A stretch of 57,743 bases of DNA from an uncultured Clostridia bacterium (GTDB lineage: Bacteria > Bacillota > Clostridia > Oscillospirales > CAG-272). How positions within the stretch are numbered: position 1 is the stretch's first letter; each line of letters starts with the position of its first letter. Where the stretch lies: assembly GCA_947628165.1 (NCBI GenBank), contig CANQYV010000004.1, forward strand, positions 1 through 57,743. Direction: 5' to 3'. Below, one piece after another: positions 38,712 to 47,494 of the stretch. A model generated the notes under the pieces. The model had not been told where the DNA came from. It did no database searches and worked only from the letters and a program-made list of their open reading frames with translations. The position numbers were made by a program, and so were the translations under genes.

Positions 38712-39446
38712 ATGAACAGCAAAAAAGCTGAAAACAGACTCGTATACGCGGCGCTCATTCTCGTTTTGACCGTGCTTGCGGCGCTTGTCATCGTGACGGG
38801 CATAGCGAGCAGGCGCGAGAGCAGAAAAGAGGAAGACGACACCACGTCGGGCAGCGTGCTCGGCGGCCGCGAGACGGCGGAGCATGACCCCGCAAGCAGA
38901 TTCCCGACGACACAGAAGCCGAACAAAAACGACGAGACGAAGCCTCCGGTGACGGATCCTCCGACGACGACGGCTCCTGCCGAGGACGTCGTAACTCCTT
39001 CGGAAACTCCGAAGTTTGCGTCTCCGTCAGACGGAGCCGTGTCAAAGGGGCACAGCGAGACGGCGCTCGTCTATTCGATGACGATGAACGATTACAGGAC
39101 CCACACGGGAGTCGACATCGCCTCATATGAGGGGGCGGAGGTCAGGTCGGTCGCCGACGGAGTCGTTGCCGACGTGTGGGAGGACCCTATGTGGGGCTGG
39201 TGCGTATCGATAGACCATGAGGGCGACGCCGAGAGCATATATAAAAACCTCTCCCGCGAGTCCGCGGAGTCGCTCGAGGAGGGCGAGACGGTGCTTGCCG
39301 GCGAGGTCATCGGAAGCGTCGGTGACTCGGCGCTCTGCGAGATAGCGGATGAGCCGCACCTCCACTTTGAGCTCAAGCTGTCGGGAGCATACGTCGACCC
39401 CGAGGAATATATAGAATTTGCAGCCGAAGACGTTTTCGCCGAATAA
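38712..39446 (+). CDS. Membrane-anchored M23 peptidase, SpoIIQ-like
   Basis: N-terminal TM, T/P-rich linker, YSMTMNDYRTHTGVDI (HxxxD), PHLHFE, VDP. Confidence 0.8.
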   Translation: MNSKKAENRLVYAALILVLTVLAALVIVTGIASRRESRKEEDDTTSGSVLGGRETAEHDPASRFPTTQKPNKNDETKPPVTDPPTTTAPAEDVVTPSETPKFASPSDGAVSKGHSETALVYSMTMNDYRTHTGVDIASYEGAEVRSVADGVVADVWEDPMWGWCVSIDHEGDAESIYKNLSRESAESLEEGETVLAGEVIGSVGDSALCEIADEPHLHFELKLSGAYVDPEEYIEFAAEDVFAE

Positions 39447-39449
39447 AGT

Positions 39450-39481
39450 CCGCGGGGAGATTTTTCTCCCCGCGGCTTTTT
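39450..39481. terminator. Bidirectional terminator
   Basis: CCGCGGGGAGA/TCTCCCCGCGG then TTTTT. Confidence 0.75.
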
Positions 39482-39535
39482 GTAGATAGGTAAAATGACG
39501 GCGGACAGTACAGCCGTGCTTTTGTCAGCTGCATC

Positions 39536-40081
39536 TTAAATTGCGTCAGCCAAATCCGCCGCTTTTTTGCAGCCGTCGGTCTTATCGATATCACCGACAT
39601 TCAACACGCCGGGGATCATGACTTCGCCCACCATAGTCCATTTGTTCAGAGCGCACATACGCTCCATCGGGATACGGACGCCGTCCATAACGGACATATC
39701 ATCTTCTTCGCAGCAGGTTATAAGCGCGCATTCCTTGCCCGAAATATCCTTGCTGCCCACTACGAGAGAGAAAATGCGGTCTATTACGCTTTTGATTTGC
39801 GCCGGAATTGAATACCAATAAACAGGCATAGTGAATACAATAGCGTCGGAGTCGAGAATAGCCGGAGCAATCGTATTAAAATCGTCATCAAAGGTGCAGG
39901 CTTTCCCGGTGGAATAGCAGGTTTCACAGGCGTGACAGCCTCCTATTTTTTTAAAAGCCGCATCGAAACGCGCGACCGTATGTCCTTTCGCTTCCGCCGC
40001 CTTTATAAAAGCATCTGTCATAGCAAAGCTGTTTCCGTTCTTTCGTGGACTGCCGGTTATAACGACGATTTTTTTGCTCAT
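39536..40081 (-). CDS. Iron-sulfur flavoprotein / flavodoxin-family FMN reductase
   Basis: GSPRKNGNS, C-x2-C-x2-C-x5-C, PVYW, K..IDR; ATG 40081 after GGAGGT. Confidence 0.88.
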   Translation of the reverse strand: MSKKIVVITGSPRKNGNSFAMTDAFIKAAEAKGHTVARFDAAFKKIGGCHACETCYSTGKACTFDDDFNTIAPAILDSDAIVFTMPVYWYSIPAQIKSVIDRIFSLVVGSKDISGKECALITCCEEDDMSVMDGVRIPMERMCALNKWTMVGEVMIPGVLNVGDIDKTDGCKKAADLADAI

Positions 40082-40108
40082 AATGAATACCTCCAAATGT
40101 TTGCGGGA

Positions 40109-40188
40109 TTGACTTTCGTCATATTCACTACTATAATTATACTGTGAATATGAAAATAAACAAGTACGCACATTCAAGTGCGATACTT
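40109..40188. promoter_or_regulatory. Overlapping divergent promoters with inverted repeats
   Basis: Plus TTGACT-17 nt-TATAAT (40109-37); minus TATAAT at 40141-36; IR TCATATTCAC/GTGAATATGA (40119-53); imperfect IR AAGTACGCAC/GTGCGATACTT (40162-88). Confidence 0.6.
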
Positions 40189-40209
40189 ACCAAAAGGAAA
40201 GCGTAAGAT

Positions 40210-40545
40210 ATGAATATCGAATGTATTCGGAATGCAAAATTAGAGGACACCGGTTTTCATTACACGATGTCCCTGATACAGGGAAAGTACAAGATGTTTA
40301 TACTCTATGCTTTGGCATGGTTTGAGGTCGTGCGCTTCAATGAGATGAAGAAATTTATCGGCAGCATCTCATATAAAACGCTAAGCTCTACATTAAAAGA
40401 GTTGGAGGCAGACGGCTTGGTTCACCGTGAGGAATATCCGCAAATTCCGCCGAAGGTAGAGTACAGCCTGACCGAACGCGGCAAATCTCTGATGCCTATT
40501 CTGGATCAGATGTGTACTTGGGGAGAAGACCATAGGAATAAGTAA
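40210..40545 (+). CDS. HxlR family winged-helix regulator
   Basis: GKYK, RFNE, LKELEADGLV.R..YPQIPPKVEYSLTERG. Confidence 0.92.
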   Translation: MNIECIRNAKLEDTGFHYTMSLIQGKYKMFILYALAWFEVVRFNEMKKFIGSISYKTLSSTLKELEADGLVHREEYPQIPPKVEYSLTERGKSLMPILDQMCTWGEDHRNK

Positions 40546-40595
40546 GCCGTTATTCCGGCTTTCCGTTCGCGGCGTTTCGTAAGAAACACCGCGTT

Positions 40596-41747
40596 TTACT
40601 GCGTGTTATATTCGGAGATGAGTTCGTCGGCGAGGCCTTCGACATATAACAGCTCGCCGCGTTCGCGGATGCGGGCGGGGGGAACGTTTGATATCGGGAA
40701 GTTTTCGCCTATCCTGTTGATGAGCCGAGTGTGCTCCGAGGCGGCGCGGATGCCGCAGAGCGGGGATTCGAGGTCGCCGCGTATCATGGCGGCGGCGAGG
40801 TGCAGCTTTCGCTCAGGGAAGACGAACGGGTCGCCGTAGTTGCGCGTTCTGCCGTCGTCTGTCACGCCTATGATGCGGCCTTTCGTGTACGCGCCACAGT
40901 CGGCAACGGCGGCGGGGGGTTCGTCCTGAGAAAACGTGACGTGCCCGTGTGCGAACTTATAGTAAAACATCGGGTTGACCGTCACGTCCGTTGTGTGTGA
41001 CGCGACAAAGCGCGCACGCGCGCCGCCCTCAAGTGTACAGCTTATGACGGCGGTGTCGAAGTTCTCGATGTCGTTGACGCGGTAAAGGCGCGCGTCGACG
41101 TCTGTGACGCGGCGCGACCTGTCGACCTCGCCGCCCGTGACGTAAAGCATATTGTGAAGATAGTGGGCGGCGGCGTTGTTCGCGACGCTGTCGTATATGA
41201 GCGAGCCGTCCTTTGCGTGTATCCTGCCTGCCCAGCCTGTGCCGCGCCCGAAATAATTCCTGTCGCGCGGCCACAAAACGAGCGTTTTCAATAGCTCCGG
41301 CTCGCCGTAGACCCCGGCGGAGACGTCTGCCTTGAGCGCCTGTATCGCCGCGCTGTGCGACCACTGATATCCTATTGAGACGCGGTGTCCCGACGCTTTC
41401 TCGGCGTCGATGAGACGGTCAATGTCGCGCGCGTCGCCGCAGAGCGGCTTTTCGCAGAGGACGTCGGCGCCGTGGTTCAGGGCGGTTATTATATTTTCGG
41501 TGTGGAACTGTATCGGGGTGGAGATAACGACGAGCTCGGCTTTGTGTTCGGCAAAAAAGTCGTCGAGCGAGGCATACGGCTCGCCGCAGACGGCGCGCAC
41601 GTCATCAAGCCTGCGGCACGCGCCGGGGTACGGGTCGACCGTGCCGACGAGATTGAAAAACGGCGCGTTTTCCGGCTTTAGCACCTCGTTTACATAGAGA
41701 GAGCCGTATCCTCCGATACCGACGAGAACTGTATTTATGCATCTCAT
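40596..41747 (-). CDS. Gfo/Idh/MocA oxidoreductase
   Basis: VGIGGYG, STP..H, LCEKP, IGYQ. Confidence 0.85.
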   Translation of the reverse strand: MRCINTVLVGIGGYGSLYVNEVLKPENAPFFNLVGTVDPYPGACRRLDDVRAVCGEPYASLDDFFAEHKAELVVISTPIQFHTENIITALNHGADVLCEKPLCGDARDIDRLIDAEKASGHRVSIGYQWSHSAAIQALKADVSAGVYGEPELLKTLVLWPRDRNYFGRGTGWAGRIHAKDGSLIYDSVANNAAAHYLHNMLYVTGGEVDRSRRVTDVDARLYRVNDIENFDTAVISCTLEGGARARFVASHTTDVTVNPMFYYKFAHGHVTFSQDEPPAAVADCGAYTKGRIIGVTDDGRTRNYGDPFVFPERKLHLAAAMIRGDLESPLCGIRAASEHTRLINRIGENFPISNVPPARIRERGELLYVEGLADELISEYNTQ

Positions 41748-42028
41748 TTTGGTTCGCCTTTCAGGAAAGTTTCGTTTGCGTTCTCACGGTAAACAGTATA
41801 GTCTCAAAAGGCGAAAAAATCAACCCGTCAGCAAAAAAGAGCAAAGAAGGCGGGGGAAAAAGAAGATTGTCTCCGCTTTGCGCGTAAAGCACAAAGCGCG
41901 CAGTTATTTGAGGAACAAATTTATATAAAGTGTGGGTTGCAAAAAAAAATCAATTTAGTATAATAAGGGTGACTGGGGGGAGGCGATCGCTTGCCCCGAG
42001 CCAAATCCGAAAAGGAGGGCACTATTGT

Positions 42029-42316
42029 ATGCTTAAAAGAGAGGTTCAGATGCATGACGTCGATATCGCAGAATTTATCCACGCGCTCGACGGATGCGAA
42101 GGTGACGTTTATCTTGAGACGGTTGACGGCGACTGCATCAATCTGAGGTCGCGTCTCTCACAGCTGCTCGGTATCGCCGAGATAATCAACGGAGGTCTTG
42201 TGACCAACGCTAAGCTCCGCTGCGAGAATCCCGAGGATGAGTCGAAGCTGTTCCGCTTCTCCCTCTTCCGCGAGATCCCCACAAAAGACAGCGAAGGCGA
42301 GGAAAAGTCCGAATAA
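42029..42316 (+). CDS. Small HPr-fold-like protein lacking His15
   Basis: AGGAGG RBS; F....D.C.GDV.L....GDCINLRS resembles the HPr NxKS region; own promoter (41937-64) and terminator. Confidence 0.55.
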   Translation: MLKREVQMHDVDIAEFIHALDGCEGDVYLETVDGDCINLRSRLSQLLGIAEIINGGLVTNAKLRCENPEDESKLFRFSLFREIPTKDSEGEEKSE

Positions 42317-42335
42317 CTCCGATACCGAAATCGGG

Positions 42336-42366
42336 AAAGCACGACGACCGTCGTGCTTTTTTCTTT
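42336..42366 (+). terminator. Intrinsic terminator
   Basis: AAAGCACGAC-gacc-GTCGTGCTTT then T run. Confidence 0.75.
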
Positions 42367-42394
42367 CAAAAAAGAATATGCACAACATTTTGCG

Positions 42395-42430
42395 TTCGCG
42401 CTTGAATTCGTGCGCGAAATATGGTAAAAT
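42395..42430 (+). promoter_or_regulatory. sigmaA promoter of GH43 with inverted repeat around -35
   Basis: TTGAAT-17 nt-TAAAAT; TTCGCGC/GCGCGAA arms at 42395-401 and 42412-18. Confidence 0.5.
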
Positions 42431-42460
42431 AAACTGAAGCTCAATAATGCGGAGGAACGT

Positions 42461-44032
42461 ATGAAAAACAGCGAAATAAAGCGGAAAAACAACCCCATAA
42501 TCTGGGCGGATATTCCCGATGTCGACGTTATCCGCGTCGGCGACACCTACTATATGATAAGTACGACGATGCATCTGATGCCGGGAGGCGTCATCTTCCG
42601 CTCGTATGACCTTGTGAACTGGGAGGTCGCGACGTATATTTACGATGTGCTCGAAAATACGCCGGGCGCGCGCCTCGAGGACATGCGCGGCATATACGGC
42701 GCTGGCATGTGGGCGGCGACGCTGCGCTATCACAACGGACGGTTTTACGTCATCTTCGTCGCGAACGACACTCGCGCGGAGAATATGTCGTTCCTCTACA
42801 CGTCGGAAAAAATCGAGGGCCCGTGGGAAAAGAGAAAGATCAAGGGCTTTTATCACGACTGCTCGCTCTATTTCGAGGGGGACCGCCCGTTTATCGTCTC
42901 CGGCTGCGGGCAGGTGCGCCTCGTAGAAATGAGGCCCGACCTCTCGGAACCGCTCCCCGGCGGTATCGACAAGATAATCATTTCCGACCGCGAGTATGTC
43001 AGCCTCCCGTCCGAGGGCTCACATATGTATAAGATAAACGGAAAATATTATATCTTCATGATACACTGGCTTCGCTACGGCACAAAACGCCGCGTCGAGG
43101 TCTGCTATATGTCGGACAAGATCGACGGGCCGTATGTCGGCGGAAATATTCTCGACGACGACATGGGATATCACAACGCCGGCGTCGCGCAGGGCGGCAT
43201 TGTCGACACGCCCGACGGCGACTGGTACGCAATGCTGTTCCAGGACCACGGCGCTGTCGGAAGGATACCGGTGCTCGTACCCATGACATGGGACAGCGAG
43301 TCTTCGTTCCCCGTATTCGGAGAGGGCGGGCGCGTTCCGCGCACGGTCGAGGTCAGGTCAACGCGTCCCGACTATGAATATGAACCCATAATCACGTCGG
43401 ACGGCTTCGACTATGCGGAAGGCGAGCAGCTCCACAACGCATGGCAGTGGAACCATATTCCCGACGATTCGCTTTGGAGCACGACGGAGCGCCCCGGCTG
43501 GCTCCGTCTCAGAACGGGGAGCACGGCGCCGAACGTCACGCTTGCGAAGAATTCTCTCGGGCAGCGCACGGCGGGTCCCGTATGCGAAGGCTCTGTCACG
43601 CTCGATGTTTCGGGCCTCGGAGACGGCGACTTCGCGGGGCTCTGCGCGATGCAGAGCAATTACGGATTTATAGCCGTCACGCGCGAGGGAGACGATAAGT
43701 ATATAGTTATGCTGAAACGCAGCGAGCAGGAGCTCGACGCGCACGGCAGGCCGATTCCCGGCGATAAGCTCCCCGGCATCGAATACGGCAGGGTGAAGCT
43801 CGAGGGCAACGTCGTTAAGCTTAAGATAAGGTGCGATTTCCGCGAAAACGTCGATTTGGCGGAGTTCTTCTACGAGGACGGCGGCGAGTGGCACAGGCTC
43901 GGAGATGAGCTGCATATGCTCTACACTCTCGACCACTTCATGGGGTACCGCTTCGAGCTCTGCTGCTTCTCGACAAAAACGCCCGGCGGATACGCGGATT
44001 TTGACGACTACACGATAAATGTCATCGAGTGA
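42461..44032 (+). CDS. GH43 beta-xylosidase/arabinofuranosidase with C-terminal beta-sandwich
   Basis: NPII..D.PD, GMWA..LRYH.G.FY, HD, EGSH, AQGG, GRIP, WQWNH.P, ADFD; no signal peptide. Confidence 0.9.
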   Translation: MKNSEIKRKNNPIIWADIPDVDVIRVGDTYYMISTTMHLMPGGVIFRSYDLVNWEVATYIYDVLENTPGARLEDMRGIYGAGMWAATLRYHNGRFYVIFVANDTRAENMSFLYTSEKIEGPWEKRKIKGFYHDCSLYFEGDRPFIVSGCGQVRLVEMRPDLSEPLPGGIDKIIISDREYVSLPSEGSHMYKINGKYYIFMIHWLRYGTKRRVEVCYMSDKIDGPYVGGNILDDDMGYHNAGVAQGGIVDTPDGDWYAMLFQDHGAVGRIPVLVPMTWDSESSFPVFGEGGRVPRTVEVRSTRPDYEYEPIITSDGFDYAEGEQLHNAWQWNHIPDDSLWSTTERPGWLRLRTGSTAPNVTLAKNSLGQRTAGPVCEGSVTLDVSGLGDGDFAGLCAMQSNYGFIAVTREGDDKYIVMLKRSEQELDAHGRPIPGDKLPGIEYGRVKLEGNVVKLKIRCDFRENVDLAEFFYEDGGEWHRLGDELHMLYTLDHFMGYRFELCCFSTKTPGGYADFDDYTINVIE

Positions 44033-44056
44033 CGGCGAGTCCGAGAGGGTAGACAC

Positions 44057-45196
44057 ATGACAGATACGCGGCGCAAATGGCTGCGCGCCATGCTTAAGAT
44101 AGTGACGCCGGTGCTCGAGTCTGCCTCGCGCGGCGAGCTCAGATCGAGGATGCCGGTCTATGCGCGTCCCGGCGTGACGGACAGAGAAGAGTATACATAT
44201 CTTGAGGCTTTGGGGAGAGTCGTTTGCGGGATTTCGCCTTGGCTCGGAACCAAAGCCGAGGACGGGGAGGAAGAAGAACTCCGCCTCAGATATGCGGAGA
44301 TGACGAGGCAGGCGATACGATTTGCCGTTATGCCCGGCTCGCCGGATATGATGAATTTCTCGCGCGGCGGGCAGCCTATCGTGGATGCCGCGTTTCTGGC
44401 GGAGGGTATCCTCCGCGCGAAGGCGGAGCTTTGGGATGCGCTCGAGGGGGATGTGAAGCGAGAGCTTTTGGCTCGGATGAGAGAGACGCGGACGCGGAAG
44501 CCTTATGCGAGCAACTGGCTTTTGTTCGCCGCGATGACAGAGACTCTGCTTTACGAGGCGGGGGCGTCCGATTGGGACCCGATGCGCGTCGATTATGCGC
44601 TGAGGCAGCATATGCAGTGGTATCTCGGAGACGGCTTTTACGGCGACGGCCCCGAATTTCATCTTGATTATTACAACAGCTATGTCATAAACCCTATGCT
44701 CGTCGATATCATCCGCACCGTCGGAGATGTTTTCCCGGATTGGGCGGAAATGAAGGACGAGATAATAAGGCGGGCGTCAAGATTCGCGTCCGCAGAAGAA
44801 ACGATGATATGCCCGGACGGGACGTATCCCGTGCTCGGGCGCTCTTCCGCGTACCGCTTCGGCGCGTTCCATGCGCTCTGTCAGGCGGCGCTGCTCGGCT
44901 ATCTGCCGGAAAGCGTTGATCCGGCGGCGGTGCGGTGCGCGCTCACCGCGGTGATAGAAAAGGTCATGTCGTACTCCGGAATCTTTGACGGGGAGGGCTG
45001 GCTCACTATCGGCGTCTGCGGGGAGCAGCCGGAGATAGGAGAGGGCTATATTTCAACGGGGAGCCTGTATCTTTGTACGGCAGTGTTCCTTCCGCTCGGG
45101 CTGCCGGATTCGGCTCCGTTCTGGTCGTTGCCGGACGCGGCGTGGACGCAGCGCCGTATATGGGCGGGCGACGTGTCTGCCGTGACGAGACATTAG
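44057..45196 (+). CDS. DUF2264 family protein
   Basis: LEALGR, QPIVDAAFL, SNWLLF, WYLGDG.YGDG...HLDYYNS, GRS.AYRF, EGYISTGSLY. Confidence 0.78.
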   Translation: MTDTRRKWLRAMLKIVTPVLESASRGELRSRMPVYARPGVTDREEYTYLEALGRVVCGISPWLGTKAEDGEEEELRLRYAEMTRQAIRFAVMPGSPDMMNFSRGGQPIVDAAFLAEGILRAKAELWDALEGDVKRELLARMRETRTRKPYASNWLLFAAMTETLLYEAGASDWDPMRVDYALRQHMQWYLGDGFYGDGPEFHLDYYNSYVINPMLVDIIRTVGDVFPDWAEMKDEIIRRASRFASAEETMICPDGTYPVLGRSSAYRFGAFHALCQAALLGYLPESVDPAAVRCALTAVIEKVMSYSGIFDGEGWLTIGVCGEQPEIGEGYISTGSLYLCTAVFLPLGLPDSAPFWSLPDAAWTQRRIWAGDVSAVTRH

Positions 45197-45199
45197 AAA

Positions 45200-45241
45200 A
45201 ATACCCGCGGAGGCTTCCGTTCGGAAGCCTCCGCGGGTATT
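45200..45241. terminator. 19-bp perfect hairpin / bidirectional terminator
   Basis: AATACCCGCGGAGGCTTCC-gttc-GGAAGCCTCCGCGGGTATT. Confidence 0.8.
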
Positions 45242-45244
45242 CTT

Positions 45245-45790
45245 TCATTCGCCCGAGATACGTTTGTATTCGGTGATTATTTTTTCCGCCGTTTTCTCCG
45301 GCGTACTGTTCGTGCTGTCTATGACAAGGTCATAATTATCGGGGTCGGTGTAATCGACGCCGTATATCGACTTGAACCGTTCGCGTTCGAGCTCCTGCCG
45401 CCGTATGAGCGCCGCCTTTGCCTCATCGACCGTCCGGTACGACTCGACATCGCCGCGTTCCGCGGCGAATACGCGGCGCGCTGCCTCGTCTGCGTCGACG
45501 TCGATGAATACGCGGAACGCATTCTCGGCGAAATGCCACGCCATTCGCGAGTCAAAAATTATGTGGTCGCGCGTTCTTGAAAGCTCCGTTACGGCGTCGT
45601 CTATTACATGGTCGAACGCGGCGTCTGTCATCATTCGCTGATTGAGCTCAAGGGTCGTTATTCCCATCTCCGCCGCCGCGTGACGCTGTACGCTGCCCGT
45701 CGAGTATATATCGTAACCGAGCGTTTCCGATAATATTCCGGCAACGGTCGATTTGCCGCTCCCGAGTCTGCCCGTTATAGCAATGTGCAT
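45245..45790 (-). CDS. Cytidylate kinase-like protein (type 2/archaeal-like CMP kinase)
   Basis: GRLGSGKST P-loop, STG..QR, DSR, RFKSIYGVDY, YDLVIDS. Confidence 0.75.
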   Translation of the reverse strand: MHIAITGRLGSGKSTVAGILSETLGYDIYSTGSVQRHAAAEMGITTLELNQRMMTDAAFDHVIDDAVTELSRTRDHIIFDSRMAWHFAENAFRVFIDVDADEAARRVFAAERGDVESYRTVDEAKAALIRRQELERERFKSIYGVDYTDPDNYDLVIDSTNSTPEKTAEKIITEYKRISGE

Positions 45791-45948
45791 GATAAAAAAG
45801 CCCCCGGCATTTCGCTTTGTTGCGGAACAATTATATCATGAGAAAGGGAAATTGTAAAGTAAAAAAGAAATTCATGTGTCTGAAATGAATTAATAAACGG
45901 GCCGATTTTCAGAAGCAGGAAAATATTGTTGTCAAGAGGGCAGGGAGG

Positions 45949-46194
45949 TCATTCATCTATGCCGAGGAGCCATGCGGCGGACACTTTCAAAATCTCCGCA
46001 AGCACCCGTATCTCATAATCGGGGACAAACCGTGTCCCGATCTCGATCCGTGAAATGCTGTCTCTTTCGATTATAACGCCGTTTACCTGCAGACGTGCCG
46101 CGAGATCCGCCTGCGACATTCTCTGCATGACACGAGCCTGCCGCACCCGCTCGCCGCATATGTTTTTTCGACCGTTGAAGTCGTATATTTTCAT
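45949..46194 (-). CDS. XRE family HTH regulator
   Basis: GERVRQAR..QRMSQADLA..ISRIEIG.R..LAEILKVS..WLLG. Confidence 0.88.
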   Translation of the reverse strand: MKIYDFNGRKNICGERVRQARVMQRMSQADLAARLQVNGVIIERDSISRIEIGTRFVPDYEIRVLAEILKVSAAWLLGIDE

Positions 46195-46219
46195 TTTTAT
46201 CGTTCCTTCCAAAAAAATA

Positions 46220-46279
46220 TGTTAAAGTTCAGCAACAATCTTGACTTTAACACATTATTCTGCTACAATTGTGTTAAAG
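46220..46279 (+). promoter_or_regulatory. Polysaccharide-locus promoter P1 with three TGTTAAAG boxes
   Basis: TTGACT(46241-46)-17 nt-TACAAT(46264-69) with TG; TGTTAAAG at 46220 and 46272, inverted CTTTAACA at 46245. Confidence 0.65.
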
Positions 46280-46366
46280 ATACGCTTTAGGCAAAAATGT
46301 TAGAAGAGTTATCGTTTTGAAGCAATCATTTCCTTCAGACTTTCGCTTTTTTTCGCTCAAAAGCTC

Positions 46367-46395
46367 TTGATTGTTTAGAAAAGTGATGATATAAT
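46367..46395 (+). promoter_or_regulatory. Polysaccharide-locus promoter P2
   Basis: TTGATT-17 nt-TATAAT with TG extension. Confidence 0.6.
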
Positions 46396-46637
46396 ATGTT
46401 GCAGTGTGTATTTTGATATATTAAAGTTTGTTTGATTGAAAAAATAACATGAAGTTCATTTTTTAGGTAAAATCAGAGAATATCGAGTGCTGAACTCAGC
46501 TTCCGAATATGTGTTGTTTTTATTTATTATCGTGGCTCACAGGCTTCGGCTGACAAAAGATTATTGCCGCGGCAGGAGAGTATAGAAGGATCTGTCCGAA
46601 AGAAGGGCACGTCGGAAACGGCGAGGACAGTGTTTTT

Positions 46638-47193
46638 GTGAACGAGACAACAGCATATGTTAAGGACATGCCTTCCCTTGAGGAGGAGAGCGCAGAGACA
46701 AATGAAACGGTCAATGTTATACTTCCTTTCAAGAAAGATAAGGAATATTACGTCGAGACGCTGAAAAACGTCCCTAGAAAACCTGTTTATTCTTTCTTTA
46801 AGCGCTTTTTTGATATTGTTTTTTCCGTGTTTGCCCTTTTGATTTGCACCATTCCGATGGCAATTATAGCTGTTATAATAAAGCTGAGTTCTCCAGGCCC
46901 CGTCTTTTTCAGACAGGAGAGGCTCGGCTTGAACGGAAAAAAATTTAAAATAGTAAAATTCAGAACAATGTGCGTCGACGCGGAAGCAAAAGGCGCTCAG
47001 TGGTCGCAGGGAGACGATGACCCGCGAATATTTGATCGTGGATGCATTTTTGAGAAAAGTACGTCTTGATGAACTTCCTCAGTTTGGAGCTATCCTCTGC
47101 GGGAAAATGAGTCTTGTCAGCCTAATACCCGAATGCGAGTGTTTTTACAATGAATTTAAAACCATACATACACGTCTCGAGAAAAATAGGTAG
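46638..47193 (+). pseudogene. Frameshifted, truncated priming sugar transferase
   Basis: KRFFDIV..SPGPVFFRQER.G.NGK.F...KFRTM..DDPRI, then FLRKVRLDELPQ...KMSLV in another frame; GPRPE decayed to SLIPE; C-terminal part missing. Confidence 0.8.
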
Positions 47194-47385
47194 TATGTTG
47201 AAACGTTGAAAAACGTCCTGAAAAAACCGGTTTATTCGTTTATTAGTAAACGCTTTTTTGACATTTTTTATGATTGCCATTTTAGTTTGCGCTATCCCGA
47301 TGACAGTAAAAGCGTTTATAAAAAAGATGTTCCCTTGGTCTGTTTTTTAAACAGAAGCTTAGTTTGAACTGGAAGGAACTTAAGA
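47179..47385 (+). pseudogene. Fossil second copy of the sugar transferase 5' part
   Basis: Translates YVETLKNVLKKPVYSFISKRFFDI versus YVETLKNVPRKPVYSFFKRFFDI in the upstream copy; stops and indels. Confidence 0.7.
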
Positions 47386-47494
47386 AAACGCAGACGAAAG
47401 CTGTAAACAATAGACGCGTTTGCCGAACTGGTGATGCGGAAAGCAAGCGCATATAAGAGAATATCTTTACAAAATTATTTTGAAATGAGAAATA

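Noticed and set aside
38553-38885. N-terminal 111 aa of the ORF-track 317-aa protein
   Set aside because: Overlaps the divergent M23 gene; the RBS supports a start at 38552
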